Origin: Mytilus edulis | Taxonomy: Eukaryota | Length of the DNA: 64,000 nucleotides | Reading direction: 5' to 3' | NCBI RefSeq assembly: GCF_963676685.1 | Contig: NC_092352.1 | Location: 85,622,001-85,686,000, forward strand | Shown here: positions 52,304 through 64,000 of the stretch, piece by piece | Numbering within the stretch: the first letter of the stretch is position 1 | Layout of the letters: each line of letters begins with the position of its first letter | Notes under the pieces: generated by a model | Database searches by the model: none | The model's input: the letters and a program-made list of their open reading frames with translations, nothing else | What the model was told of the DNA's origin: nothing | Program-made: the position numbers and the translations under genes

Positions 52304-55199
52304 ATATATAAGAAAATTATTAAAAGATAATAACGGTTTTAATTCACTTTTACTAGTACTTTCACTGCTTTCACAAATCTTCAGGTAATGTGACTTGTAT
52401 ATAAAACAATTGATTGACGTTAACAATAGCATGACGTTAACAAATACAAGGATACAAAGGAGACTACTAAGGTCATTTTAAGTCTTTAAAATGTAACGTT
52501 AAAATACGATCCGGGTTGAGACTGTTGATGAATAATTCTTCTTTCTTCCTCCGGAGAAAATCATTTTTACGATTGACCATATACAATGAAAATACTTTAA
52601 ATCGTCCATTAGAACAAAGATGGAAATGGTCGTTTGCCCTGATGAGTGTTACAATAGTATTTACTTAATCATGAAAAGAAAAGTAAACATTAATGTAATT
52701 TGTTTATAGAAATACAGCACTATTTTAAAAAATTTAGACACACCTTCATCATCCTCATAATTCAGATGAGGTCTGATTTAATAATAAATTCTGATTTCAA
52801 CATAAGAACAAAGGTCAAAGTCCATGGTTGTACAGGATGCCTAAAACCCGTCCCCCATTCTTGGGAATGGACATATATGATCAGATTGTGTTTAGATAGT
52901 GCCACGCTCTAATCACAATAGGTCGACACCTTCCCAATCAATGATTATAGCGTAGATGCATTGATGGTCGGTACTGAAGCTTTAAAAGACCCAAATAGTC
53001 TAACTTTTCGTATATTTTTTGTGACAGTTAGAATATGTCGAAGTAGTGTAATATTTCCCTACTTTTTCGAATTCCTTTCCAATTGCTGCTTATGTAAACT
53101 TTCCAAATGATTCCCATGGAAACTATTGAAGTTTTATTGTTATTACCTTATTAAGTACAAGCACTTAATGAAGACACGATATACTAAAGATTGGTCAGGT
53201 ACAATTCTAATACCGTTCTTTTCAAAATCTTCCTGGTCTGGTATGTAATGACTATTATAAATCATATCATTTTTCACTTTTTTTTTTACAGAATTAGGTA
53301 AATCCCCAAATGATATGTTCTTTGTTGTTTTATGTTAACAAATATTAGTTCACAGTGACTATTAAAAAATCTATATATCTGTAGAGGATTATATTCATAT
53401 CCTACTTGTAGATTTTTTTTTATGAAATATATAATTGACTTTGTTTTACTTCTTCCTTACATGAAACTGATTACAGTTGAATGTACTATCAGTTTTATTA
53501 TCTGGAGGACCACTTTACACTTAATTCTATCGATCTTATTAATCATCATATACTTGTCTAGTACTTCGTGGTGTTATATAACATGTTAAAGGAATCCCCT
53601 ATATTGTTCTCATTTTCTATATTATAGGGACTATTTTACTGACACATTAGTCATAGATTTGCCGCACGTAAAATTCAATTTTTTTAAAATACTGAAATTC
53701 TGAGAAATGAAAATAGTGTTTGTCAATTGAGAACAGTTCAAAGTTGTTAAGGAATAAAAGGTCGTGCTATCATGATCACGGTATCTCTTTTATGTCTTCT
53801 AGAGTATTAGTCTTTATGTTTTTTGTTGGGAAACCAATGAATTGTACCCAAATGAAATATAGTGGTACTCAAGTCAATGAAGAAAAACCAAAATTCTGAA
53901 AATGCCTGAACAATATATTAACTGGATGCCAATTCAATTTCAATATGCCTAAATATTATCAATGTCAATTCTGTAAAAGCTTAGATGAAAGAGAATACAA
54001 TTTTAGTCAACATACAACATGGGTGTCACATATGGAGCAGGAACTGCTTACCTAAATCAATATATTAGTAGTGTTAACATAGTTACAAAAAGTAATAGAA
54101 CAAAAAACGGAACTCCGAGGAAAATTTTAAACGAAAAGTCCCTAAGCAAATGACAGAATCAAAAGCTCAAAGTAGTTAGGGCAACATAAGCTGTCGAAGT
54201 CTAACCAAGGCAAAAGACAAATTACAATATATTAAACACGAATGAAAATCAAGTGTCAAATTCCTGGATTGGTAAAAGAGGGACGAAAGATACCAAAGGG
54301 ACAGTCAAACTCATAAATCTAAAACAAACTGACAACGCCATGGCTAAAAATGAAAAAGACAAACAAACAACAGCACACATGACACAACATAGAAAACTTA
54401 AGAATAAACAACACGAACCCCACCAAAAAACTAGTAAAGGTATTCTTTTAATTATGAAATGGTAGATTGAACCTGGTTTCAATCTAGCTGAACAACTTTT
54501 CTGAATGATAGTCACTTTAAATTCCGTTATATTGACAATGTGTCAGAAAATCAAATATATCAGGTAAAAAGGTGAAAAATTTAGGTACAGCAGTCAACAT
54601 TGTGTTATAATTTTATCACTATAAAAACCTAAACAAAGCACATAAACACCAAAGTGGAAAAGGATTAATATGAGTTACCAATTGCCAACTTGCTTCCCAA
54701 TCCACTATAAATGTTTAAACTAAACAAAAATTAAAGACAAGAAAACAAAAGATGACCATGACACAATAACATCAAAAGACGCCAAAAGGATATTTACAAA
54801 AAATGAATGTTTAACCCCGCTGCATTCTGTGTGTATGTGCCTGTTCAAAGTCTGAAGCCTGCAATTCAGTGGTTGTCGGTTGTTGATGTGTAACATATTT
54901 GTTTTTCGTTCATTTTTTGTACATAAATTAGGCCGTTTGTTTTCTTGTTTCAATTGTGTAACATTTGTCATTTCGGGGTCTTTTCGGGGTCTTTTATACC
55001 TGACTATGAGGTATGGGCTTCGGTCATTGTCGAAGGCCGTATGGTGACCTATAGTTGTTAATGTTTGTGTCATTTGGTTCCTTGTAGAGAGTTGTCTCAT
55101 TGGCAATCATTATTACATTTTCTTTTTTTAGATAAACAGTAAAGGATAAAAATTTACAAAACAAATAACAAGAGCACTATTACACGAAATTAATATAAC

Positions 55200-55565
55200 A
55201 AACAACATCAGTACCTTGATCTATACTTCCCGAAATCATGTATTATTTGTTGATACGGAATATTTATCAACAATTTCTTTACATCTTCTGAAAAACTTTT
55301 GTTTACAAAAAGGATGAGACGGTCTTTGGCTTAACCCTTGTTCATTAACCATCTGCTCAGACACTGGTGAAGTTTTAATAAATACTAGTAGTAGCTGCAA
55401 GCACTTGAATACCGAATGAGTAAGGACATGTATACCTTATAAACTGACGAAGTTTGTATATTGCTGCTAATGTTGGTGAATTTGATATTTTTCAAATTAA
55501 AATGTCTCGTTTGTCAAATATTCTAGTACTAATGTGACAAATTATATCAAAACTGAGGTATAGAA
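55200..55565 (-). mobile_element. Second, more diverged Penelope-like RT C-terminal fragment
   Basis: Minus-strand translation with frameshifts: CHISTRIFDKRD..FTNISSNIQTSSVY..LIRYSSACSY..HQCLSRWLMNKG. Confidence 0.6.
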
Positions 55566-55656
55566 ATGCCAACAATTTGTATAGTCTACCGCTTAATTCA
55601 ACAAATAGGTTGCCAATAAGAAACTGATTACTTTTTTTTCTCAGTGTAGCGAAAAC

Positions 55657-56565
55657 GAACTAGGGGCTCTCAAGAGCCTGTGTCGCTCTTTTTGGTCTAT
55701 GTGCATATTAAACAATGGACACAGATAAATTCATGAAACAATTGTGTTTTGGTGATGTGTTTGTCGATCTTACTTTACTGAACATTCTTGTTGCTACAAC
55801 TATCTCTATCTATAATGAACTGGTCCAGTAATTACAGTGGAAAATATTTGGTAAAAATTTAAAAAAATTTACAAAAATTCATGAAAATTGTTGAAAAATG
55901 ACTATAAAGGGCAATAACTCCTTAAGGGGTCATTTGACAATTTTGATCTTGTTGACCTATTTGTAGATCTTACTTTGCTGAACATTATTGATGATTACAG
56001 TTAATCTCTATCTGTAATAATATTCAAGATAATAACCAAAAACTGCAAAATTTCCTTAAAATTACTAATTCGAGGGCAGCAACAAAACAATGTAGGCCAA
56101 AATCTACATTTTACCCCTATGTTCTATGTTTAACCACGGCGGCCATCTTGGTTGGTTTGCCGGGTCATTGGACACATTTTTAAACTAAGAAAATCCTTAA
56201 TTTTTCGAAAAATTCAAAAGTTTTGTAAAAAGGAAATTTATAAAAATGACCACATTATTGATATTCATGTCAACACCGTGTTGACTACTGGGCTGGTGAT
56301 ACTCTCGGGGACGAAACGTCCACCAGCAGTGGCATCGACCCATTGGTGTAAATAAGTATCAAAGGTACCAGGATTATGATTTAGTACGCCAGAGTGTGTT
56401 TCGTCTCCATAAGACTCATCGGTGACGCCCATATCAAAATATCTATAAAGCCAAACAAGTACAAAGGTGAGGAGAAGATGTTTGTAAAAGATTACGAACG
56501 ACGACGAACGACGGACGCCAAGTGATGAGAAAAGCTATCTTGACATCTCAGATTAGGTCAGCTTA
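55657..56565 (-). mobile_element. HINE-like element with ~180-bp internal repeats and nested hammerhead-family insertion
   Basis: Terminal hairpin ggctctcaagagcc; gatcttacttt.ctgaacatt repeated at ~55766 and ~55966; (GAC)n at ~56495-56517. Confidence 0.55.
56386..56428 (-). ncRNA. Hammerhead motif with core mutation (CCGAUGA) in repeat copy ~56190-56470
   Basis: Reverse complement reads GCGTCA CCGATGA GTCT TATGG AGAC GAAA CACAC TC TGGCGT. Confidence 0.5.
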
Positions 56566-56844
56566 AAACGAGAAACACTTATGAACCACTTCAACAAACG
56601 ACAAACCCTAAACGATCCTGAACAACAGGTATTTATCAATCAATTGTTCTACTATTTAATTCATCAATTGATCGTATGCATATATCATATATTATAAAAA
56701 AAGAGCGGGGAAATATAGTTAAGAGATATTTAATTTAAATGTCATCAGTCGAAAACAAACTAAACGAATTCTCGTTTGAATTGTTTTACACCTGTCATTT
56801 CGGAAATAAACTCATCATAGATATCAGGACTAAATTTTGTATAT

Positions 56845-56888
56845 ACGATAGACGCGCGTTTCGTCTACAAAAGACTAATCAGTGACGC
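56845..56888 (-). ncRNA. Hammerhead motif with core mutation (CUGAUUA) in repeat copy ~56805-56995
   Basis: Reverse complement reads GCGTCA CTGATTA GTCT TTTGT AGAC GAAA CGCGCG TC TATCGT. Confidence 0.55.
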
Positions 56889-57294
56889 TCGAATCCAAAA
56901 AAGTGAAAAAGGCCAAATAAAGTACGAAGTTGAAGAGCATTAAGGACCAAAATTCCTAAAAGTTTTGCCAAATACAGTTAAGGTAATATATTCTATTATT
57001 GCTGACTATGCGGTATTGTCTTTGATCATTGTTGTAAGTTGTTCAATGCCATAGCAAGAAAAGAAAAAACTAAAGTGTCCAGATTATATAATAATTTTTT
57101 TTTAACAAATCTTATATGATTTTCATTGGTTTGATTTTTTTCTCAATTAAAGGTTCTAAATATCATGGCTTTCATCATACCTTACTCTAATTGTTCGTTT
57201 CTCAACATTCAAACTAATAATTCAGCCATATGATGTGAGAATTTACAATTATGTTAACGTTAAAAGATCTATTTGTTTAGCTTAGTACATGCAA

Positions 57295-57453
57295 AAATAC
57301 AGTACATCAATATGGTAAATACAGTACATGAATATGGTAAATACAGTACATGAATAGGGTAAATACAGTGCATAAATAGGGTAAATACAGTACATGAATA
57401 TGGTAAATACAGTACATGAATATGGTAAAACAGTACACGAATATGGTAAATAC
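57295..57453. repeat. 22-bp minisatellite (aaatacagtacatgaatatggt) x~7
   Basis: Period 22 read directly; explains repetitive ORFs 57269..57475 and 57282..57482. Confidence 0.9.
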
Positions 57454-60451
57454 CCATCATAAATAATGGTTTCATTTATCAAGTAAGAAGATCTTCTAAA
57501 TCAGGTTTCCCCCTTATTAACAATTCAGCCAAAATATTATATGAGTATGATATCTCAAGACTAAACTTTGTTTAAATAACTTAAAGAAATTCACACTTTA
57601 TTAAAATGAATTACACAAAATTAAAATAAGCACTAAAGTAAAACACCATACTTAAGTTTGGTCAGTCTATATATTATTTAATTTTACTGACGTCAATGCT
57701 ACTTAAGAAATTAAGATTTATAACATAGTATCTGTATTTAAATTTAGAATTATCATAAAGATCAAAGTTTGAGCAAATACCTTAATAGAAATTAAAAGGT
57801 CGGGCACTTCGCTTAGCAGCACTTCATTTACAATATAGTTTATTATGAAGGATCATGTTTCATATTTCTATTCATTCATAAAATCTAAATATATATTATT
57901 ATATACAAACATGTATCCTTCATACTATACAAAAAAATGAAGTGGAATAAATGAAAAATGCAGTGTGTTTTTCACACGGTATATACAGTTAACTAAATGT
58001 TTTTGAAAAAAAAGTTATTTACTATGACTTGAATTTGCACTGTTAAATATAATCTTATCGTGTACACATTATTGTTAATTTTGTCTGTTTTAATTGCGTG
58101 TTTATATGTTAAATTATTCTGTTTTTTTTCTTTTTATTTATTTACCAACTCAACAGCTTATATCTTAAATTGGTCGTTGTATAATATATATCATATATTA
58201 TAGAAGACATGCAATATATACCAATTGGTTATTCAAACTCTTAAATCAATACAAGTAAAGATGCCAAGGCAAAAAACAAAATTTAACTACATCTCCGAAA
58301 ATAATAATTTTTTTTCACAGGAACAACAAAATTTCAAAGCCAAATCTTTATATATATATAGTCAAGATAACGGTAAGTGTTGTAGAATGTATCAATTAAA
58401 TGCAATTTAGACGGGGCTTTACTGAGTTTTTTTCATAAACTGTGATTCAGTCAAGATATGAGGTTGAGTAAATGTATCAGTTGTATCCTTTCAAGTTTTA
58501 GTGTATTTAGAGATGAAGTATAACTTTCTTGGTATCGTATATTTATTGTTGTTTCATTTTATATTTCATGATTTCATAATTTTTCAAATTATGATTTATA
58601 TGTCCTCTCTCTAGGGCTTGTGCTTTATTACAAAGCAAGGGGTTATCATTATCTTACAAACAATAAACTTTTCTTAAAATTCTTGAAACCCTACTTTAAT
58701 TCAAAGCGGATGTCAACCTGGTTTTTTTTGGATTTTTTTTTTAAATTTTTGTGTTATATTTTAACTTCAAGTCATAGCAAATATTAATCATAAAAAACAT
58801 TGACAGTATTGATCTTTAGAAAGAAGAAATATTTACATTAAGAAAGATATAAAATCTAGATAAGTAGAATACATAATGGTACAAATAACAAAATGGTTAG
58901 AATTTACTGCAAATTGACTTTATCGAGTCACAACAATGAATGCAAGATGTAATGCACAAAAATAAAAGTTATGCAGGGGTGTATGTTTAGCTCAAAGTGA
59001 ATTCTGCTATTATTTGAAAACAATATCAGCATGTTTAGAAGCAATATATATATTTATATATTCCAATACATTTTGTACGAGCATTTTGAATCGACAGGAC
59101 ACATACAGCCAATAATACACAGTCTTACATCTTTGCACACAATTCAATATATGTGTTAATAAATAGGTCTTTAATAAACATTTTATATTAGTATTCAATA
59201 TAAAACTCCTGGTATATTTTTGACTGTTTATCGTCGTATTTGAATATTTTTATATTCGAATTTATTTTTTTTGCATCAATCATTTTTCGCACCTGGTCAT
59301 TTGCAAAACAAAGTCATTTCTGAAGCAAAAATGGCGTTGTAATTTTGCGAAAATGAAATCATACTTCCAAATATTTTCAATTAACGATAAAACATTTCTA
59401 GCTAAACAATAACAAAACGATTTTTTTGAAGAATAACGTCACATTGAAAAGTGATCGTGTTTGAACTTTTATATCAAATAAGATAAAATATATTTTTTTA
59501 AATCAAATTTTATGAATTAAGAAAAGCATCCTAGCAGATATAAATGTATGTAACGTTTGTGGTGATTTGAAACTCAGTAAAATTCACAATGATCCCCAAG
59601 ATTGCTTAAAACGTAAAAAGGAAAATCGGAATTTCCTTAATTTGGAAATGATATTGCACCATACCAATTTGATTATAAAACCAATAGAATATATTAAAAT
59701 GTACCGGAAGAAAATGTATATACAAAGTTTTCAATTCGACGTAATACAGTTATAGAAATGATTCTTAATTCAATTGGATATATTTAAATGTTCCGCAATC
59801 TTTAATTGTATTAATTTTTTTCAATGAAATATGTGGGTCCTATGACAGACACCTACGTCTTTTCTCTATACTGTTAAACGTTAAAGGGAAGTCATAATGC
59901 ATAAACTTTATTCGTATACAGAAATTTACTAAGCAACACTACAATCGGTGATATCAAACGCATTCCATTAAAATACCCTATTCATGCATAACAAATTCTG
60001 ATGATCTTATGTTGTACTGATACACCACTGGACTAGTTAAGTTACATGTAGGTGAAGATTGAGCACTCAAATACATGTTTAACCCCGCCACATTCTTTAT
60101 GTGCCCGTCCCAAATAATGTCTGTAGTTAGGTGGTTCATGTCTGTCATATTTTTATTCGTCTTTTATTTGACATACGTTTCAAGTCGGGGTCAATTAAAA
60201 CCGACATTACGGTATGAGTTTCTATCATTGTTTAAGGTAATACAGTTGACTATAATGAAAACATCTACTTTATTTGAGCTTTGGTGGATAATTGTGTCAT
60301 TGGCAATCATACCAAATCTTCTTTTTTTCATATTAAAAAGACGTAATTTAGGTCTACATCTTCTTGTACATGAAGACATAAAAAATCTGTTGCGACAATC
60401 AAATTAAATATGAATTACTGCTAAAAATAATTGATCTATGTTAAGCATAAT

Positions 60452-61129
60452 GAGGTAAAGGACACACAAATAGGCGTCTGCCTCATATTTTGACTTACAT
60501 TTAGAAATTGAAAATGAGGGCTGGTTGTAAACAAAACTTCCCAACAAAAAGATGATTTCAGCTTCCCAATTGTGAACTTTCCTTTTCTATGTAGCAACAT
60601 TCTAGCAGCGCCTGCATAAAGAGTATATATCTTCCAATTGATACGAAATATCATGATTTACATTATAGGGGATTGCAGCTCACAAGGAAGCTATTTAACC
60701 AACAGTTCCAAATGGTGAAGTTGAAGTCACCCCATCGTAAATTTTACGGACGCCATCACGAGGTGGTTGACCTTTATGGAATAACCGTTTCACAGATGAT
60801 ATCGGATATGTTCCTTGTGTCGTAACTTCAATACTTTTCCCTTTTCACGAATGTGATCTATCGAATTAGACTATTTACCGGATTTGTAATAACGTAAGCA
60901 ACACGACGGGTGCCACATGTGGAGCAGGATATGCTTACCCATCCGAGCACCTGAGATCACCCCATTATTTGTTGGGGTTCGTGTTGCTTAATCTTTATTT
61001 TTCTATGTTGTGTCTTCTGTACTATTATTTGTCTGATTGTCTTTTCATTTTTTAGCTATGACATTGTAAGTTTATTTTAAATCTATGTATGAGTTTGACT
61101 GTTCTCCTGGTATCTTTCGCCGCTCGTTT
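60452..61129 (+). mobile_element. Decayed 3' fragment of a Penelope-like retroelement (RT C-terminus/thumb plus 3' UTR)
   Basis: Interrupted translation SASYFDLHLEIENEGWL*TKL..DDFSFPIVNFPFLCSNILAAPA*RVYIFQLIR..LTRKLFNQQFQMVKLKSPHRKFYGRHHEVVDLYGITVSQM, matching the yLD..K..dF.F.ivnfP...SNip pattern of PLE RT C-termini. Confidence 0.8.
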
Positions 61130-62614
61130 AGACAGTTAGTGACTGAAAAGGAACAATAAAACGATAGTGTAATGATTCAAATAAAGTGGTTATCTTATTT
61201 ATCCTAGGTCAATACGTGACTTTGAACAGACTACGAAATTGATGTAGTTGTAACTTATTTCTATCTTATAATTCAAAATATTTATATTGGAGGTTTGTAT
61301 CTTTTTGTTTATTAACGCTCGAATTGACAAAATAAAAATTCCGATAACTTTTTTCATAACGTCATTTTTCTTTAAACAAAACTTTCAATGAAAGATACTA
61401 TAGACATTATAAAAGCTGAAAACAATAATGTTGAAGTTTAGTTATTTCCATGTTCTTCCTGATAGATAAAATTTATGATAATAAATATAAGATAAATGTT
61501 ACGGATGAATCACCTTTAATCGACCAATATTATCATCAAATTGTAAATTGTGATACATTATCTTAACAGATAAAAGCATGAACTAAAATTAAAAATAAAA
61601 CAAACAAAAACATTAAGAATACATGGATTACAAGTAAAATGAATATTTTAGCTTTTAGAATATTTAACAATTAATTCCATTGCAGGATGGTGCAGTGGTG
61701 TTTAGTCCTGACCATTAAGGTTTAAAGACACGTCTTAAAATTGGAGTTAAAAAGAAACCATAAGGTTAAATTTCATTTTTTTTTTTTTTAATAATTATTC
61801 AGTTAATGACACTATTGGTTGTTAACAAATACCCTAAAAGATACGACTATCCCAAATAGGTTTATCCCTATGTGTGAATTATCAAATGAACCAGGAGATT
61901 CACAAGATAAACTTATTATAAGTTTCAGAAGTGGTTAATAGACTATGACAATCTATATAGTTTATAAAATCTGCATAGCAATAAATCCGGAAAACATACG
62001 TTCTCTCTGTTTACGTTTTTCTACTTATTTTAATTGTATATCACGTTAATTTCAATTTAAACATTTGTAACAGTCAAAGTACGAAAACAATTAACATTTA
62101 TATAAATCCCCAAGGTAAAAAAAAATCATGAATTCCGTCAGAAACGTTAAACTTAAATGTGTCTGATCATTCGTTTAAGTTCTCATTTGGTCATTTTGTT
62201 TTTCCTACATACGGAAATTTATACATTATTGGACCTCAGATTGTTTTTGGTTTAAGCGCTCCTGATAAATAGAAGTGCTGAAAAACTCTTCAAATGCAAT
62301 GTTTAGCAAGTGTTATTTTTTTTCAAATACATAAACTATGTTTTCTTATAGTAAATACTGTTGTATTTTACTATCCGAATTAGTAGAGCATATAGTAAGT
62401 TCTCAATAAATTTCCTCATAACCGTGACTAAAACCAGCAAGTTGGTAACAATATTAGACACACCTTCCTTCAACAAGTTTTCACGAGATTGGAACATTGG
62501 CAAACTACAGTGGCCTTAATCTATAACTGCAACATATGTATATATATATAAAACATAGTATGAATTGAGATCTAAATTATATTATAAAATGCGATAACTA
62601 AGTGAATAATCAAT

Positions 62615-62890
62615 AAAAGAGGGACGATAGATACCAAAGGGAAAGTCAAACTCATAAATCCAAAACAACTGACAACGCCATGGCTAAAATCGAAAAAGAC
62701 AAACAAACAGCAGCACACAAGACACAATATAGAAAATCAAAGAATAAACAACACGAACTCCACCAAAAAACTAGGGGTGATCTCAGGTGCTCCGGAAGGG
62801 TAAGCAGTTCCTGCTCTACATGTGGCACCCGTCGTGTTGCTTATGTTATAACAAATCCGATAAATAGTCTAATTCGGTAGGTCACATTCA
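62615..62890 (-). mobile_element. 5'-truncated 3' end of the PLE at 60452-61129 (further copies 54273-54435, 38805-38850)
   Basis: aaaagagggacgaaagataccaaagggacagtcaaactcat is the reverse complement of the 61085-61129 terminus; constant 3' end, variable 5' end. Confidence 0.75.
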
Positions 62891-63571
62891 AGATGTTGAT
62901 CTTTATTCATTGATAGAGACATTAACATCAACACATTAGTTATACACTAAGTAACCTCTTTAAAGAAGTTTCTAAAATTCAATTCATTTGTCATTAAAAA
63001 AAGTTAAAATTATAATTTAAAAACCATTTGACTAAATATATATTATATCAATGTTTCACAAGAGTGACTATAAATAACTTTTAATTCTACGAAGGACCCA
63101 TCCTGTTCTGTTCCACATAATGTTCCTGGTTAAAGTTCAAAGTTAAATGTATTGTTATCGTGGTCTGTGTGCTCAGCAAAAAATTAGTACATAGCAACAA
63201 GGTGTCAAGGAATAATAAATAATTTTTGCAATAATCTAAAATTTTACATTGCAACTTCGTGATGCTGTTCATATTTTGCCTCTGCTATAACATGGGTTTC
63301 TTAAACCGGTGCCTAAATTGCAACTTAAATGTACTTTCACTACTAAAAGACAAATATTCTTTTCATATCAGTGACATTTTTATACATATTACAGAAGTAT
63401 ATTTAACAACGGGAAATTTTCATACTTTTTGGTCTTTACTGATTGGGTTACTGGTTAGTATAAAACAATGGATCTACCGGTCAATCGACCATTCACCATT
63501 TTAGTGCATATCTGGCAATACTTGTTGACACACAGTAAGTATATGTTTTAACAGTGAAAAATCTCTAGCCA

Positions 63572-63650
63572 ATAATAATAATACTAATAATAATAGTAAT
63601 ACTAATAATAATGATTATTATAATAGCAATAATAATATAAAGATATTAAC

Positions 63651-63701
<51 letters not shown>

Positions 63702-63730
63702 AAAGATGTTAACAATAATAATGATAAGTT
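63572..63730. repeat. (AAT)n/(GAT) microsatellite
   Basis: Direct reading; source of the poly-Ile ORF 63618..63857. Confidence 0.9.
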
Positions 63731-64000
63731 GTATCAATTTAATTATGATAATGAAAAAATAAAAATGATTATGATAAAATGTGTATTTGTTTCCAAATGT
63801 GAAGTAAATGGTTATTTCAATCCTGGTATTATGATGTTCTTGACTCATTTTTTTCATTTATTTATTATTATATCAACGTCAAATAACTTAAAAAACTTTA
63901 AAGACTTATGAAATGATTGTCTTTTTCAAAGAAAGTAATTCGGTATATCGTTTCTATAGTATTAAATAACTTAGGATTCTCTTTTCCAGAACTGTGAATG

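Noticed and set aside
52740-52980. Coding-like, higher-GC patch (also 48480-48720)
   Set aside because: Stops in the plausible frames, no recognisable protein and no paired splice sites.
54249-55106. ORFs including the longest in the track (128 aa)
   Set aside because: Entirely within nested interspersed repeats; no recognisable domain.
57269-57482. Repetitive LPYSCTVF ORFs
   Set aside because: Products of a 22-bp minisatellite whose period is not a multiple of three.
63618-63911. Poly-Ile ORF
   Set aside because: (AAT)n microsatellite.

Overview
AT-rich, intron- and repeat-rich eukaryotic DNA. The repeat content looks like a bivalve mollusc, probably Mytilus-like (inference). One protein-coding gene is supportable: a minus-strand FOXRED2-like FAD-dependent oxidoreductase with 10 coding exons (41824->31610, 1755 nt, 584 aa), all junctions GT-AG and phase-compatible. 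The locus is rearranged in two ways. (B) A tandem, same-strand duplicate of exons 6-10 (25001->18789) keeps its frame and splice sites but has no exons 1-5 in the window. (C) An inverted copy of distal intron 9 + last exon + 3' flank (44289-46649) sits upstream of the gene and carries a premature stop, so exons 1-9 lie between ~1.9-kb inverted repeats. The rest is transposon debris: decayed Penelope-like (PLE) reverse-transcriptase fragments and their 5'-truncated 3' ends, a repeat family carrying minimal type I hammerhead ribozyme motifs, Helentron/HINE-like elements with internal satellites, several MITEs, a tRNA-related element with terminal direct repeats, and a cluster of four identical 16-bp palindromes. 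Nearly all other ORFs in the track are spurious. No CRISPR array, rRNA or functional tRNA was found.
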